DNA of 32,000 nucleotides from Candidatus Saccharimonadota bacterium (lineage in GTDB: Bacteria > Patescibacteriota > Microgenomatia > UBA1406 > GWC2-37-13): contig CP065004.1 of NCBI GenBank assembly GCA_016700135.1, forward strand, positions 30,001 to 62,000, read 5' to 3'. The first letter of the stretch is position 1. Every line of letters begins with the position of its first letter. Positions 9,049 to 18,945 of the stretch are shown in pieces. The notes under the pieces are model-generated. The model had not been told where the DNA came from. It saw only the letters and a program-made list of their open reading frames with translations, and ran no database searches. The position numbers and the translations under genes are program-made.

Positions 9049-9600
9049 TCACTCAACGAGCTCAAAAGTATGGACAATTTCATACTCTGGGTTCGTTGGC
9101 TTTGTTATGCTTTTATACAAATGGATTTCCGTAACCGGGAATTCGATTGTAGTGTTCAACCTCTGAAGTTTTTTCCGCAGATGGAAATATTGTTGTTTTG
9201 ACGGCAATTTATATCTTGCCAGTGTCATATGCGGGATATATTTCTTTTTCAAATCATTTTCCTTCTCCATACTGAAAAGGTCGACCGTCCTCTCACGGAT
9301 CTTTTCAAAATCTTTATTCCGGCTGAAAGCAAGCCGTAAAATAATTCCCTGATGAACAAACATCCCGGTCTCAAGTGCAAAAAGCCTTGTCGGCTGTATA
9401 TCAAACGTCGAGCGCTCGATTGCTTCAATAATATACGGCATTTTGTCTTCACTTCGTTCGCCTAAAAAGGCAATCGTCACGTGGTAATTTTTTTGAGGTA
9501 CCCAGTTGAATTCATGGTAATCCCGTTTCAATCCGTCATACAAAGCATCAAGCTCCGATACGACATTTTCAGGAATAGCCGCCGCAAGAAATAAACGCAT
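9049..9600 (-). CDS. thpR: RNA 2',3'-cyclic phosphodiesterase / 2'-5' RNA ligase family (2H phosphoesterase)
   Basis: 183 aa with two HxT motifs (HVTIAFLG and HMTLARY) at the spacing typical of LigT/ThpR. Confidence 0.8.
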   Translation of the reverse strand: MRLFLAAAIPENVVSELDALYDGLKRDYHEFNWVPQKNYHVTIAFLGERSEDKMPYIIEAIERSTFDIQPTRLFALETGMFVHQGIILRLAFSRNKDFEKIRERTVDLFSMEKENDLKKKYIPHMTLARYKLPSKQQYFHLRKKLQRLNTTIEFPVTEIHLYKSITKPTNPEYEIVHTFELVE

Positions 9601-9623
9601 AGTAATTCAGTAATTAATAACAG

Positions 9624-10091
9624 TTATAACGAATTAAGAATTTTTGAAGTTGAAAATGCTTCAAGCAAAGGACTTACCTCCACAACGTCTGCCCCGACAG
9701 CCAGCGTCTGCTTTCGTTTCCGCTCAATGTTGGGATCTCCCTTGGTAACCGCAACCAATGACGGACGGATCACTTCAACCATCCGACCGTACTCCTTATC
9801 TTCGGTGAAGAAAGGAAGCAGTATAACATAATCAACTACATCCAGACTTGCTAGGATTTCAGCACGCTGCAATTGGGAATGAATGGGAGTACGGTGTTTC
9901 CGTTTATTTATCGCCTCATCCGATTCAAGAGCGATTATAAGAATATCTCCACTTGCCTTGGCATCGCGTAAAAAAGAGAAATGTCCGTAATGCATCAAAT
10001 CAAAACAGCCTCCGCATAATACCGAAATCTTGCCGTCCCACTTATCACGCAAGCTTTCGACACTCTCGTATTTCCATATGTTCTGTTTCAT
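9624..10091 (-). CDS. Cytidylyltransferase-like nucleotidyltransferase (HxGH family; RfaE domain II / TagD-like)
   Basis: CGGCFDLMHYGHFSFL contains the HxGH motif. I chose the start at the ATG 10091-10089 (MKQNIWKY...) because TGtTATAAT (10106-10098, minus) sits 6 nt upstream. The longer track ORF (to 10184) would begin upstream of that promoter. Confidence 0.7.
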   Translation of the reverse strand: MKQNIWKYESVESLRDKWDGKISVLCGGCFDLMHYGHFSFLRDAKASGDILIIALESDEAINKRKHRTPIHSQLQRAEILASLDVVDYVILLPFFTEDKEYGRMVEVIRPSLVAVTKGDPNIERKRKQTLAVGADVVEVSPLLEAFSTSKILNSL

Positions 10092-10141
10092 ATTACAATT
10101 ATAACAAGCCAACTCTTCATTCCGTTGTCTTAATCTATCAT

Positions 10142-12421
10142 ATGTTGCTGAAAACAGAAATACAGGATACATCACAGAAAGCATTAATTGTCGCTCCGCA
10201 TGACACTCTGTTTCTTAAAAAACTTAAAAATAAGCTAAAAGAAATGAATTTGGATGTATTTTCAACTTCAACTCCGGTCACGGATTACTCCAAATATGAT
10301 ATCTGTATCTTCGTACAATTCACGGATATTCTCCTGCCGTCAATAAAGAACCTGACTGATACTAAGTTTATTTTTATACTGTTTAATGAATATGAACTTG
10401 CTCAGACATATGCTTCGTTTGCATATGAATACAAACTGCAGCACATAAAAATACTGAATCTTGAGACCAGTCCTGCACAGTATGACAAAGATATCGATAC
10501 TCTTTTCTGGTTTTCCTTTTCCCGGACTGAGGATATATTTCTTCATATCTTCCATCAGCAACCGTTCGAACAAGTCAAAAAATCGAAACCGAAAAAAAAG
10601 CCGTTTTCCTGGAAACAATTTCTTACACCCAGAAAACTTGTCTCATTCGGTATAGCATTATTGGTTTTCTCGCAATTTATTTTCATGATTCCTCTTCTCG
10701 GAAGTACTGTCTCCCATTATTTCGCTTACAAACAGTTGATTAAAGGGAATGTTGAAACCGCAGAACCGCATCTTGAGCGTGGCAGCGCAATGCTTGCTGC
10801 AGGTGAAGGTTTATTTAGTTTTTCTAAACCCGTTTTGTACTTTTTTTCAATCGGTTTGCCGTTTGAGAATCTGATACAACTGAACTCATCGGCATCCGTC
10901 ATTATGTCCAAAGCATCTGACCTTCAACAGGATGCAAAGTTGCTGGCCGACGGTATCTTTGAAAAAAACAAGTCTGATCAGGATGTGACCGAACTCATAG
11001 AAGCAAAAGAAAGGCTGAATTCAAATGTTACTGATGTCCGGGAACAAATCGACCTGCTGGAAAATAAGATGCCCACCTGGAATGCACAGCTGACTGACGC
11101 AAAAGAAAAACTCAGGAAGATTGATCAGTCTCTCGGTTTTTATGAATCGATCGGTCCTCATCTGGATACTCTTCTTGCCCGTGATACGGACAAAAAATAT
11201 CTTCTGTTATTTGCCAATAATATGGAACTCCGGCCGGGAGGTGGTTTTATCGGATCATATGCTATTGTTCATGTTTCAAATTACACAATCGGTGATATAC
11301 AGGTCTACGACGTGTACGATGCCGACGGACAGTTGACATCACATATCGCCCCGCCCGAACCGATTTCAAAATTTATGGAGCAACCGTTCTGGTATCTTCG
11401 TGATTCGGCATTTACGGGTGATTTTATCGACAATTTCACTCAGGCAGAGGAATTCCTGGAAATTGAAGTCGGAGAAACGGATTTTGACGGAGGACTGCTT
11501 CTCACAACAACGGCAGTGAAAAATATTTTGAGTACTGTTGACAGTCTGTATATTCCCGATTATCGAGATACCATTACCGCAGAGAATTTTTATCTGAAAG
11601 CACAGCTATATGCCGAAGAAGAGTTTTTCCCCGGATCGATACAGAAAAAAAGCTTTTTATCCGATGTAATGGATCAGATGCTTTTGCATCTGGCAGATGC
11701 CGATATGGAAGCGCTCTTTTCAAATATTAAAGATTCACTGAATCAAAAGCAGCTGGTTTTGTACAGCAAAGACCCCGGGCTTCAATCGGTTTTTGAGGAA
11801 CAGTACTGGTCAGGACGTATGTTGTCACCAAGCTGTACCGTATCAGATCACTGTATTCCTGATTATGCTTACCAGCTGGACGCCAACCTCGGTGTCAACA
11901 AAGCAAATTTTTTCGTCCAGCGGCCGACTTCTCTGAAGGTTTCGATTGATTCCTCGGGAAAGATAGTGAACACGCTTTCAGTTATGTATTCCAATGACTC
12001 CAATCAGGGGGTGTTTCCCGGGGGAACCTACAAAAATTATTTTCAGGTTCTTCTTCCTCCGAATTCATTCATCCAAAGTGTAACGGTGGACGGATCTCCG
12101 GTTGAGGAATATGATGAAACCAATTTTACCTACAAGACTGTCGGTTTCCTCCTAACTGTTGAGCCGCAGGAAAAACGGAAAGTCGAGATCATATACCGTC
12201 TTCCGACAACTATTATCCAGGGAGCAGGAGTATATCAGCTAATCCTGCAGAAACAGATCGGCTCTCCGAATTATGATCTGCAGTTTGCTTTTGAGGTGCC
12301 GTCAAACATTTCGGTGACCCGACATAATCTTTCTCCTCTTGCAGAGAGTGATAAAATCCTCTATAATACCTCAGTTTCATCAGATAAGATTTTCCTGATA
12401 GAATTTACTAAAAACCAATAA
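10142..12421 (+). CDS. DUF4012 domain envelope protein
   Basis: LLLFANNMELRPGGGFIGSYAIV matches my memory of the DUF4012 signature. One TM segment (LVSFGIALLVFSQFIFMIPLLG) sits after a cytoplasmic N-domain. I chose the start at ATG 10142. The track's extra 63 codons (from 9953) are antisense to the cytidylyltransferase gene. Confidence 0.65.
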   Translation: MLLKTEIQDTSQKALIVAPHDTLFLKKLKNKLKEMNLDVFSTSTPVTDYSKYDICIFVQFTDILLPSIKNLTDTKFIFILFNEYELAQTYASFAYEYKLQHIKILNLETSPAQYDKDIDTLFWFSFSRTEDIFLHIFHQQPFEQVKKSKPKKKPFSWKQFLTPRKLVSFGIALLVFSQFIFMIPLLGSTVSHYFAYKQLIKGNVETAEPHLERGSAMLAAGEGLFSFSKPVLYFFSIGLPFENLIQLNSSASVIMSKASDLQQDAKLLADGIFEKNKSDQDVTELIEAKERLNSNVTDVREQIDLLENKMPTWNAQLTDAKEKLRKIDQSLGFYESIGPHLDTLLARDTDKKYLLLFANNMELRPGGGFIGSYAIVHVSNYTIGDIQVYDVYDADGQLTSHIAPPEPISKFMEQPFWYLRDSAFTGDFIDNFTQAEEFLEIEVGETDFDGGLLLTTTAVKNILSTVDSLYIPDYRDTITAENFYLKAQLYAEEEFFPGSIQKKSFLSDVMDQMLLHLADADMEALFSNIKDSLNQKQLVLYSKDPGLQSVFEEQYWSGRMLSPSCTVSDHCIPDYAYQLDANLGVNKANFFVQRPTSLKVSIDSSGKIVNTLSVMYSNDSNQGVFPGGTYKNYFQVLLPPNSFIQSVTVDGSPVEEYDETNFTYKTVGFLLTVEPQEKRKVEIIYRLPTTIIQGAGVYQLILQKQIGSPNYDLQFAFEVPSNISVTRHNLSPLAESDKILYNTSVSSDKIFLIEFTKNQ

Positions 12422-13116
12422 TGACCCAACCACAACCAGCTGAGAAAGTCGTCTTGGAAGCACAAGCACGAGAAACGTTCGGCAAACAAACACGCAAACT
12501 TCGTAAAGAAGGAATGATCCCTGCAAATATTTTCGGGAAAAGTTTTACTTCCGTTGCATTGTCAGTTGATGCAAAGGTTTTTAATAATCTTTTTAAATCT
12601 GCTGGTGAAACGACAGTCATTTACATCAAAGTCGGTGATAACGATTATCCGACCCTTGTTTCGGATATCCAGTATCATCCGGTTACGGAAGAAATTCTTC
12701 ATGTAGACTTCCGGAAGGTCAACCTGAAACAGAAAGTTGAAGCACGTGTGCCTCTGCATTTTATCGGCGTATCCGAAGCTGTCGAACGAAAGAACGGAGT
12801 TCTTCTCACTCAGGTAGAGGAAGTAGTCGTCAGTGCACTTCCGACCAATATTCCCCATGCTATCGAGATCGATATTTCGGTTTTGAAAGAAATCGGCGAC
12901 GCTATCCGTGTCTCCGATCTTGCCAAATCTGACGCGTACGAAGTTGATGAAGATCCTGAAATGCTTATCGTTTCAGTGACCGAACACGTCGAAGAAGAAA
13001 TTGAACCAGAGACTACAACAGAAGCTCCGGAAATCCTGACAGAAAAAGAAGGTGAAGAAGGAGCTGAGGGCGAAGGAGCTGCACCTGCCGAAGCCGGAGA
13101 GAAAGAAGAGAAATAA
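12421..13116 (+). CDS. rplY: 50S ribosomal protein L25 / general stress protein Ctc, with acidic C-terminal tail
   Basis: 231 aa. RKEGMIPANIFGK..., HPVTEEILHVDF and the two-domain Ctc layout are present. The tail is Glu/Gly/Ala-rich. The start overlaps the upstream stop (TAATG). Confidence 0.85.
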   Translation: MTQPQPAEKVVLEAQARETFGKQTRKLRKEGMIPANIFGKSFTSVALSVDAKVFNNLFKSAGETTVIYIKVGDNDYPTLVSDIQYHPVTEEILHVDFRKVNLKQKVEARVPLHFIGVSEAVERKNGVLLTQVEEVVVSALPTNIPHAIEIDISVLKEIGDAIRVSDLAKSDAYEVDEDPEMLIVSVTEHVEEEIEPETTTEAPEILTEKEGEEGAEGEGAAPAEAGEKEEK

Positions 13117-13151
13117 AGACAATCTCTTTCTATCATCTGGTACCTCTTTTT

Positions 13152-13160
13152 TGGTATAAT
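13152..13160 (+). promoter_or_regulatory. Extended -10 promoter TGgTATAAT for aspS
   Basis: TGGTATAAT is at 13152-13160. Only 8 nt separate the -10 from the aspS ATG (13169), which implies a 0-3 nt leader. Confidence 0.5.
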
Positions 13161-13168
13161 CCCTTCAT

Positions 13169-14572
13169 ATGAAACAACTCTCAGTCATTGATACTCTTGA
13201 CCATATTGATGAAGAAGTAGAACTGTATGGTTGGGTTGATACCAAGCGCGATCACAAAAAAATTATTTTTATCGATCTTCGGGACCGGACCGGCAAACTC
13301 CAGGCTGTCGGTGATGAGAGCCTCCGTGAACTCACCCCTGAATCAGTAATCCTTGTGAAAGGTCTTATCAAGAAAAGACCCGAACGTCTGATAAATCCGA
13401 ATATACCGACAGGCACTATTGAAATGGAAGTTAAGGGATTTGAAATTCTCAACAAAGCCCAAACTCCGCCTATCCCGCTTGATTCGGAAGGATATGATAT
13501 CGATGAAGAACTTCGTCTCAAATACCGCTATCTTGATCTGAGAAGGAAACGATTGGGAGAAACCTTAAAGCTGAGATCAGATTATATTCATGCTCTTCGG
13601 GAAGCACTGCACGAGAAAGAATTTACCGAAGTTGAGACTCCGATGCTTACGAAATCCACTAAAGAAGGGGCCCGTGATTTTTTGGTCCCCGCAAGACTGC
13701 AGCCGGGGAAATTTTATGCACTACCGCAGTCACCTCAGCAGTACAAACAACTCCTGATGGTCGCCGGTGTTGAAAGATATTTTCAGTTTGCACGTTGCAT
13801 CAGAGATGAAGATCTGAGAGCCGATCGCGGATTTGAGCATACTCAGCTTGACCTTGAGATGAGTTTCGTCAGCCGCGATGATGTCATGCAGACCGTAGAA
13901 AGTATCGTCAAATATGCCGTCAAAGCAGTCGGAGGCAAACTCCAGAAAGACACGTTCCCTGTATTTGATTATGCAGATGCCATGAAGCAATTCGGTGCTG
14001 ATAAATTTGATTTACGAACTGAACAGGAGAAAAAGGACGGAGTCCTCGCTTTTGCCTGGGTCATAAATTTTCCCTTCTTTAAGAAAGTTGACACCGAGGA
14101 TAAAGCAGAAGTCGCAGACGGAAAAAGCGGATGGACGTTCACACACAATCCGTTCAGTATGCCGCTACCCGAACATCTCGAGTGGCATATGAAGGGTGTG
14201 AATATTGATCGGATTATGACAACACAGTATGATCTTGTCTGTAACGGTTTTGAGGCAGGCGGGGGAAGCATCCGAGCACATAAACCTGAAATTTTGGAAG
14301 CAACATACAAAACAATGGGTTACTCAAAAGAGGAAACTGAAGCAAGTGTCGGACACATGCTTGAAGCCTTCAGATACGGAACTCCACCGCACGGCGGAAT
14401 CGCCCTCGGGATAGACCGTCATGTCATGGTTTTGAAAAACGAGCGATCTCTCAAGGAAGCAATTGCATTCCCCATGAGTTCGAGCGGCAAAACGGCAGTA
14501 ATGGACGCGCCTTCCGTCGTTGATGAAAAACAGCTTGCAGAACTGGGTATTTCCGTGGACAATAAAGAATAA
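13169..14572 (+). CDS. aspS: Aspartate--tRNA ligase, bacterial type but lacking the GAD insertion domain
   Basis: 467 aa. Present: FIDLRDRTG (anticodon-binding OB domain), LKYRYLDLRR, FYALPQSPQQYKQLLM, motif 2 RDEDLRADR..HTQLDLEMSF, and motif 3 GTPPHGGIALGIDR. Only about 9 residues join FGADKFDLR to AWVINFPFF. Confidence 0.9.
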   Translation: MKQLSVIDTLDHIDEEVELYGWVDTKRDHKKIIFIDLRDRTGKLQAVGDESLRELTPESVILVKGLIKKRPERLINPNIPTGTIEMEVKGFEILNKAQTPPIPLDSEGYDIDEELRLKYRYLDLRRKRLGETLKLRSDYIHALREALHEKEFTEVETPMLTKSTKEGARDFLVPARLQPGKFYALPQSPQQYKQLLMVAGVERYFQFARCIRDEDLRADRGFEHTQLDLEMSFVSRDDVMQTVESIVKYAVKAVGGKLQKDTFPVFDYADAMKQFGADKFDLRTEQEKKDGVLAFAWVINFPFFKKVDTEDKAEVADGKSGWTFTHNPFSMPLPEHLEWHMKGVNIDRIMTTQYDLVCNGFEAGGGSIRAHKPEILEATYKTMGYSKEETEASVGHMLEAFRYGTPPHGGIALGIDRHVMVLKNERSLKEAIAFPMSSSGKTAVMDAPSVVDEKQLAELGISVDNKE

Positions 14573-15536
14573 CGAGATATCTGTTATCTCGCCATTATTA
14601 ACTTTTAACCGTGTAATCGTGCCATTTCGATTCTATTTTTTCTTCCTGTTTGCCACATTTCTGACCCTTTTTTATCCCGGAGACTATCCGTATTTTCAGC
14701 TTTTGGCATACAACAGAGAAACGTTTGCCGAACTGAAAACAACGGAACAATATACCATCCATCCCATACCCCAAGTCAGCCAATCCTTCCCTCCCTATGT
14801 GACAGCGGCGGGTGTTTATATTGTCGAATATGATTCATTTACCCCCATTTATAAAAAGAATGAACATGCTGAATTTTTCCCGGCATCAACTACAAAAATC
14901 ATTACCGCCCTTGTTGCCAATGATCTTTATAGCGCTCAGGACATCGTGACGGTAAATCAGCCGCATATCGAAGGCCAGGTCATGGGGCTTGTTCCGGGAG
15001 AAAAAATTACGGTTGAAAATCTGCTGTACGGAGCACTCGTTCATTCCGGAAATGATGCTGCCTATGCCCTTGCTGACGGAAAAGGTTTCCGCTTTTTCGT
15101 TGAAGAAATGAACAATAAGGCACAGACACTCGGGATGAAAAACTCTCACTTTACCAATCCTGCAGGACTTGATAACATCCAGCAAAAAACAACTCCGTTT
15201 GATCTGAGTATCGCAGCACGTGAACTCCTGAAAAACCCGTATCTCCGCAAAATGGTCGGAACCAAGGAAATCATCATCTCAGATGTAGATTACAATACTT
15301 TCCATACACTGACGAACGTCAACAAGCTATTGGGTGAGATTCAGGGGCTGGGAGGTTTGAAAACCGGATACACAGAAGCTGCCGGAGAAAACCTTGTCAG
15401 CTTTTATCGGCACAACGGACATGACTATATCATTGTCGTTATGAAAAGTGATGACCGGTTCCTTGATACGAGAGTTCTGGTTGATTGGATAAAAAATAAT
15501 GTGACGTATATCGATCCTCCGCTTTCGGCTTATTGA
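14520..15536 (+). CDS. D-alanyl-D-alanine carboxypeptidase (PBP5/S11 family)
   Basis: SxxK (PASTTKI), SGN (HSGNDAA) and KTG (LKTGYT) occur in order after an N-terminal TM segment. The start is uncertain. ATG 14520 overlaps aspS by 53 nt, and an in-frame GTG at 14622 is an alternative. Confidence 0.8.
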   Translation: MMKNSLQNWVFPWTIKNNEISVISPLLTFNRVIVPFRFYFFFLFATFLTLFYPGDYPYFQLLAYNRETFAELKTTEQYTIHPIPQVSQSFPPYVTAAGVYIVEYDSFTPIYKKNEHAEFFPASTTKIITALVANDLYSAQDIVTVNQPHIEGQVMGLVPGEKITVENLLYGALVHSGNDAAYALADGKGFRFFVEEMNNKAQTLGMKNSHFTNPAGLDNIQQKTTPFDLSIAARELLKNPYLRKMVGTKEIIISDVDYNTFHTLTNVNKLLGEIQGLGGLKTGYTEAAGENLVSFYRHNGHDYIIVVMKSDDRFLDTRVLVDWIKNNVTYIDPPLSAY

Positions 15537-16603
15537 AGAGCTTCATCTGCCACCGCTGTAACGTATGCCACAACACGGTTTTCTCCTAAGAAGACATATA
15601 CCGGCTGAACATATTCCTGATATGTATCCGGTTCATAATATGCCATAAATACCTTTTGGATTTTGACTTCACCGTTTGCTGCACCTGCCGAAACCACCAT
15701 TCCTTTCCCTTTTTGAAGATCGTCCCATGCCTGTTGTGCCGATCTGAGCGGATAGAGCCCGACCTGATCCGGAGACATTTCAAAGTATGAGATTCTCGCC
15801 CGTATCGGTCGGTTATCATCTCCTCCGGTCAGAAACAAAACATAATTCGGACTGTTGTAATAAGTGGAAGTTACAACGGGAAGCCCGTCAATATCTTCGG
15901 GAAAAAAGTCTACCTCTGCCATATTGGATCCTGCCGGATTGTTGAGAGTTGCGACCTCCCGTGTCGTGGGATCCAGACGCATATATATGACGTTTTTGTC
16001 TCCGAGAGAAAGCGGCGTCGGATACCGCCCGACATTTGTCAGAAATGCCGTCGCATCTGAGACTACCGTGGATTCAAGGTTCGGGTCAACTACCGTATCG
16101 ACATTGTCCGCATCAGTCACCTTATAATCATAGGTGAAGTTGAACGTCCTGATATCAATAGACATCTTCCTGACTCCGTCATCAAATACTGCCGTTTTAT
16201 CCTGCAGCTGATGCTGGATAATATCGGTATCAATTCCGGCAGCTTTTGCCATCGCATATATTTTTGCCAGAAATCCGAACGTTGCAGTTTGTTGAGGTAC
16301 GAAATAGACATTAGCAGCAGATGTTGCTTCATCGACATTCGGAGTACCGTCCAGAGTATCAAGCACCCACGTATAGTTTGAAGACGGCTTTGCATCCGTG
16401 ATTTGAGGACGTTTGATAGGTCCGAAGATCTGATCTGTCGCAACTGGTGTCGTATCGGCTACAGGTTTCGGAGCAGTTGATTGTATTTCTAAATACAAAA
16501 GAAGCAGCCTGAAACCAAATACAAAAATCAGAATAACAAGACCTGTAATGATCCCGACAGGTGCAAATTTTCTGGTGTAGTAACTGACTTCAGTAAGTGT
16601 CAT
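15530..16603 (-). CDS. Hypothetical membrane-anchored extracytoplasmic protein
   Basis: 357 aa with an N-terminal TM segment (VGIITGLVILIFVFGFRLLLLYL). No family recognised. Its 3' end overlaps the carboxypeptidase gene by 7 nt. Confidence 0.6.
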   Translation of the reverse strand: MTLTEVSYYTRKFAPVGIITGLVILIFVFGFRLLLLYLEIQSTAPKPVADTTPVATDQIFGPIKRPQITDAKPSSNYTWVLDTLDGTPNVDEATSAANVYFVPQQTATFGFLAKIYAMAKAAGIDTDIIQHQLQDKTAVFDDGVRKMSIDIRTFNFTYDYKVTDADNVDTVVDPNLESTVVSDATAFLTNVGRYPTPLSLGDKNVIYMRLDPTTREVATLNNPAGSNMAEVDFFPEDIDGLPVVTSTYYNSPNYVLFLTGGDDNRPIRARISYFEMSPDQVGLYPLRSAQQAWDDLQKGKGMVVSAGAANGEVKIQKVFMAYYEPDTYQEYVQPVYVFLGENRVVAYVTAVADEALQ

Positions 16604-16696
16604 GTACTCATGATAGCAGAAAGCTCACAGGAGCTAAAGGTCATCATTCATTCTTACTTGAGTACACATTCACAATGTCTGTATAATCAAAACATA

Positions 16697-17920
16697 ATGA
16701 CACGGCTAAAACTCTCTGTACCCAAAATACATCTGCCGAAAAATCTCAAACCTATTATTTTTATAGTAGTAATCATAACTCTTGCTTTAAGCGGAGGCTG
16801 GCAGTATTATCAGACAACTACCCGGTTTAACAACGAAATCAAAACAAAAGATAGAAAGATTCACGAACTCGAAACACAGCTTGAAAAAGTAGGTTCGGAT
16901 CTTTTTGCTTTGAAACAAGAAGATCAGTATGTACGAAACGAAAAACTTCAAAATGAACTTGAGCAAACAAATGAAACCTTTTCAGCCGCAGTCGAAACAT
17001 ATGAGGAACTGGTTCAGTTGAAAGAAACCGCTCCAAAAAGTTCCGATAAGAAAATTGCGGAGTTCGAAAAATCATACGCTGAAATTTTAACATTCCTTTC
17101 AAAGCTTAACTACGCATCTGCTCAGGCAAATCTGGCATCACTGAACAAATCAATCATAGCGGAACGCTCAGAGATATCATCTTCCTTCACTATTCCTTCA
17201 AGTGTATCTGTTAATAATGTTCCGCCTTCATCAGGATACAGCCGTCAATCCGTTGAAACTTCCGTCGGCACCTATATGGTCGATATTATTTCTGCAGACC
17301 TGAACAACACAAGAGTGATTGTTGATACGGCCTCCGAGAGTGACTGCCGTGACAACTGTCCCGTTGATTCACTGGGAAGTTATGCAGCAAGAAGCGGAGC
17401 ATTTGCAGGGATCAACGGCCCGTATTTCTGCCCTGCTTCCTATCCGAGCTGTGCCGGAAAAGCAAATTCTTTTGATACTCTTTTGATGAATAAAAATAAA
17501 TATTACTTCAACTCCGACAATAATGTATACAGCACAGTGCCTGCCGTTATTTTTTCCGGGAATTCCGGACGGTTTGTGGGGGCTTCTCAGGAATGGGGCA
17601 GAGATACAGGAGTTGATTCTGTCATTGCCAGTCAGCCGCTTCTGACTCTGAACGGTAATCGGGTATTTGGCGGTGACGGAGAACCGAAACGGTCAGGAAA
17701 GGGATCAAGAAGTTTTATCGGCACGACAGGCAGTACCGTATATATCGGTGTCGTACATAATGTATCTGCTGCAGAGATGGCACATGTCCTCCAGACTCTC
17801 GGAATCTCAAGTTCACTCAATCTGGATAGTGGCGGCTCGACTGCCCTTTGGAGTTCCGGACGATATATCGTCGGCCCCGGAAGAAATACTCCCTTTGGGA
17901 TACTTTTGGTTAGTAAGTAA
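16697..17920 (+). CDS. Phosphodiester glycosidase (NAGPA/DUF2233) family protein, membrane-anchored with coiled-coil
   Basis: The C-terminal SLNLDSGGSTALW and FIGTTGSTVYIGVV resemble the phosphodiester glycosidase domain. I chose the start at ATG 16697 (MTRLKL...) because TATAAT (16682-16687) lies 9 nt upstream. The track start at 16610 would leave only 6 nt to the divergent gene. Confidence 0.6.
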   Translation: MTRLKLSVPKIHLPKNLKPIIFIVVIITLALSGGWQYYQTTTRFNNEIKTKDRKIHELETQLEKVGSDLFALKQEDQYVRNEKLQNELEQTNETFSAAVETYEELVQLKETAPKSSDKKIAEFEKSYAEILTFLSKLNYASAQANLASLNKSIIAERSEISSSFTIPSSVSVNNVPPSSGYSRQSVETSVGTYMVDIISADLNNTRVIVDTASESDCRDNCPVDSLGSYAARSGAFAGINGPYFCPASYPSCAGKANSFDTLLMNKNKYYFNSDNNVYSTVPAVIFSGNSGRFVGASQEWGRDTGVDSVIASQPLLTLNGNRVFGGDGEPKRSGKGSRSFIGTTGSTVYIGVVHNVSAAEMAHVLQTLGISSSLNLDSGGSTALWSSGRYIVGPGRNTPFGILLVSK

Positions 17921-17929
17921 GTTTTTCCT

Positions 17930-17974
17930 AAAAGAAAAGCGTCCTTCCGGTACCTGTCGGCACCGTCCGGACGC
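17930..17974 (-). terminator. Intrinsic terminator of the minus-strand three-gene operon
   Basis: A GC-rich imperfect hairpin has outer arms GCGTCC (17939-17944) and GGACGC (17969-17974) with inner CCGGTACC/GGCACCG pairing. On the minus strand it is followed by TTTTCTTTT. Confidence 0.6.
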
Positions 17975-17998
17975 TCATCTTGCTTCAAACGTTTTCAG

Positions 17999-18445
17999 CT
18001 ACTTCTCTATCTCCCAGATCTCAAATGAACGCGGCGCACGGAAATGAATTCCTTCCTCAGGATCGATCGACCAGACCAGCCCGGCAACGACTTCTTCGTC
18101 CCTGCAGGGAAATGTCAGGTCGTTCTTTTCGGAGATCTCAACCGATTCTTCGCCGGTCGGATTTCCATCAAGACTTACTTGGCGACGGGTCACGGTGGCG
18201 CTGTCTTCGATCGCATCAACCCTGAGTTCCCAACGCTGGTACTCTTCCTGGCATTTTACGGCCATGCCGTACGTGTGCCCTGCCAGGAAATACGTACTCA
18301 CGTTTCTGTTTGGGTTGAAGATGAATTCGACGACCCACCAAATGCCGATTGCAACATAAATCAGTATGCGGATGAGATCCAGCAGAGCCTTCAAACAGCT
18401 GGCCCAGTTGAGATCTTCCTCTGATTCTTCCTTCTTCCATGCCAT
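17999..18445 (-). CDS. Hypothetical single-pass membrane protein (island gene C), paralog of 18942-19535
   Basis: 148 aa with one TM segment (LIRILIYVAIGIWWVVEFIF). It shares with gene A: EF..NPN.N.S.Y, VKC.(D/E)...RW, a second Cys, and EEV....WSID. The SD GAGGTG is at 18455-18450. The start overlaps the gene B stop by 1 nt. Confidence 0.75.
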   Translation of the reverse strand: MAWKKEESEEDLNWASCLKALLDLIRILIYVAIGIWWVVEFIFNPNRNVSTYFLAGHTYGMAVKCQEEYQRWELRVDAIEDSATVTRRQVSLDGNPTGEESVEISEKNDLTFPCRDEEVVAGLVWSIDPEEGIHFRAPRSFEIWEIEK

Positions 18446-18945
18446 CAGGCACCTCGCTTCATTCTGCCTTTGGCCCAGGCACTGAGCGTGACAATCACGC
18501 CTTCAATGGCATACCCAAGGACTGATGTGCCGAGTGCCAGATACCCAAACTCCATAGCATAGACCGGGTATGAGGAGAGGCCCGACGGGTTACGGTCAAG
18601 GTACTGGTAGTACTGGTACCACTCGCGAAGCATCAGATGATCGTTGTCGATGAGAAACACGGCAACTGCCGGCCATACGACGAAACAGATCAAACCGATC
18701 ATGCCGCTGTAGACAAGATGCCAAAGCCAGTGGAGCTTTGTACCTCGATCGATAATCCCATCAATGTACTTATCCACCAGGTCGAAACTGTCCTCGCCGA
18801 TTTTGAGCGGACCGAGGATGATCAACAAGGTGAAAAACAAGCTGAGGAGAATCTGCGTCGACACAAGGTTCGCAACTGAGCTGACACAAGCGACCAGAAT
18901 ACTGAGCAGGATTACGAAGATCATGAAGGCATTGCGGTTGTTCAT
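18445..18945 (-). CDS. Hypothetical 4-TM integral membrane protein (island gene B)
   Basis: 166 aa with about four hydrophobic segments. The strong SD GGAAGGAGAAGG lies upstream. The start overlaps the gene A stop (ATGA). No family recognised. Confidence 0.75.
   Translation of the reverse strand: MNNRNAFMIFVILLSILVACVSSVANLVSTQILLSLFFTLLIILGPLKIGEDSFDLVDKYIDGIIDRGTKLHWLWHLVYSGMIGLICFVVWPAVAVFLIDNDHLMLREWYQYYQYLDRNPSGLSSYPVYAMEFGYLALGTSVLGYAIEGVIVTLSAWAKGRMKRGA

Noticed and set aside
9953-10141. N-terminal 63-codon extension of the DUF4012 ORF (and similarly 16610-16696 for the phosphodiester glycosidase ORF)
   Set aside because: The DUF4012 extension is antisense to the cytidylyltransferase coding region. 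The 16610 start would leave a 6-nt divergent intergenic region. In the second case a TATAAT (16682-16687) lies 9 nt upstream of the internal ATG at 16697; no comparable -10 was found upstream of the ATG at 10142.
12810-13136. 108-aa Ser-rich minus-strand ORF
   Set aside because: It is antisense to the acidic Glu-rich tail of rplY (GAA/GAG repeats read as Ser/Phe/Leu on the other strand), so it is a shadow ORF.
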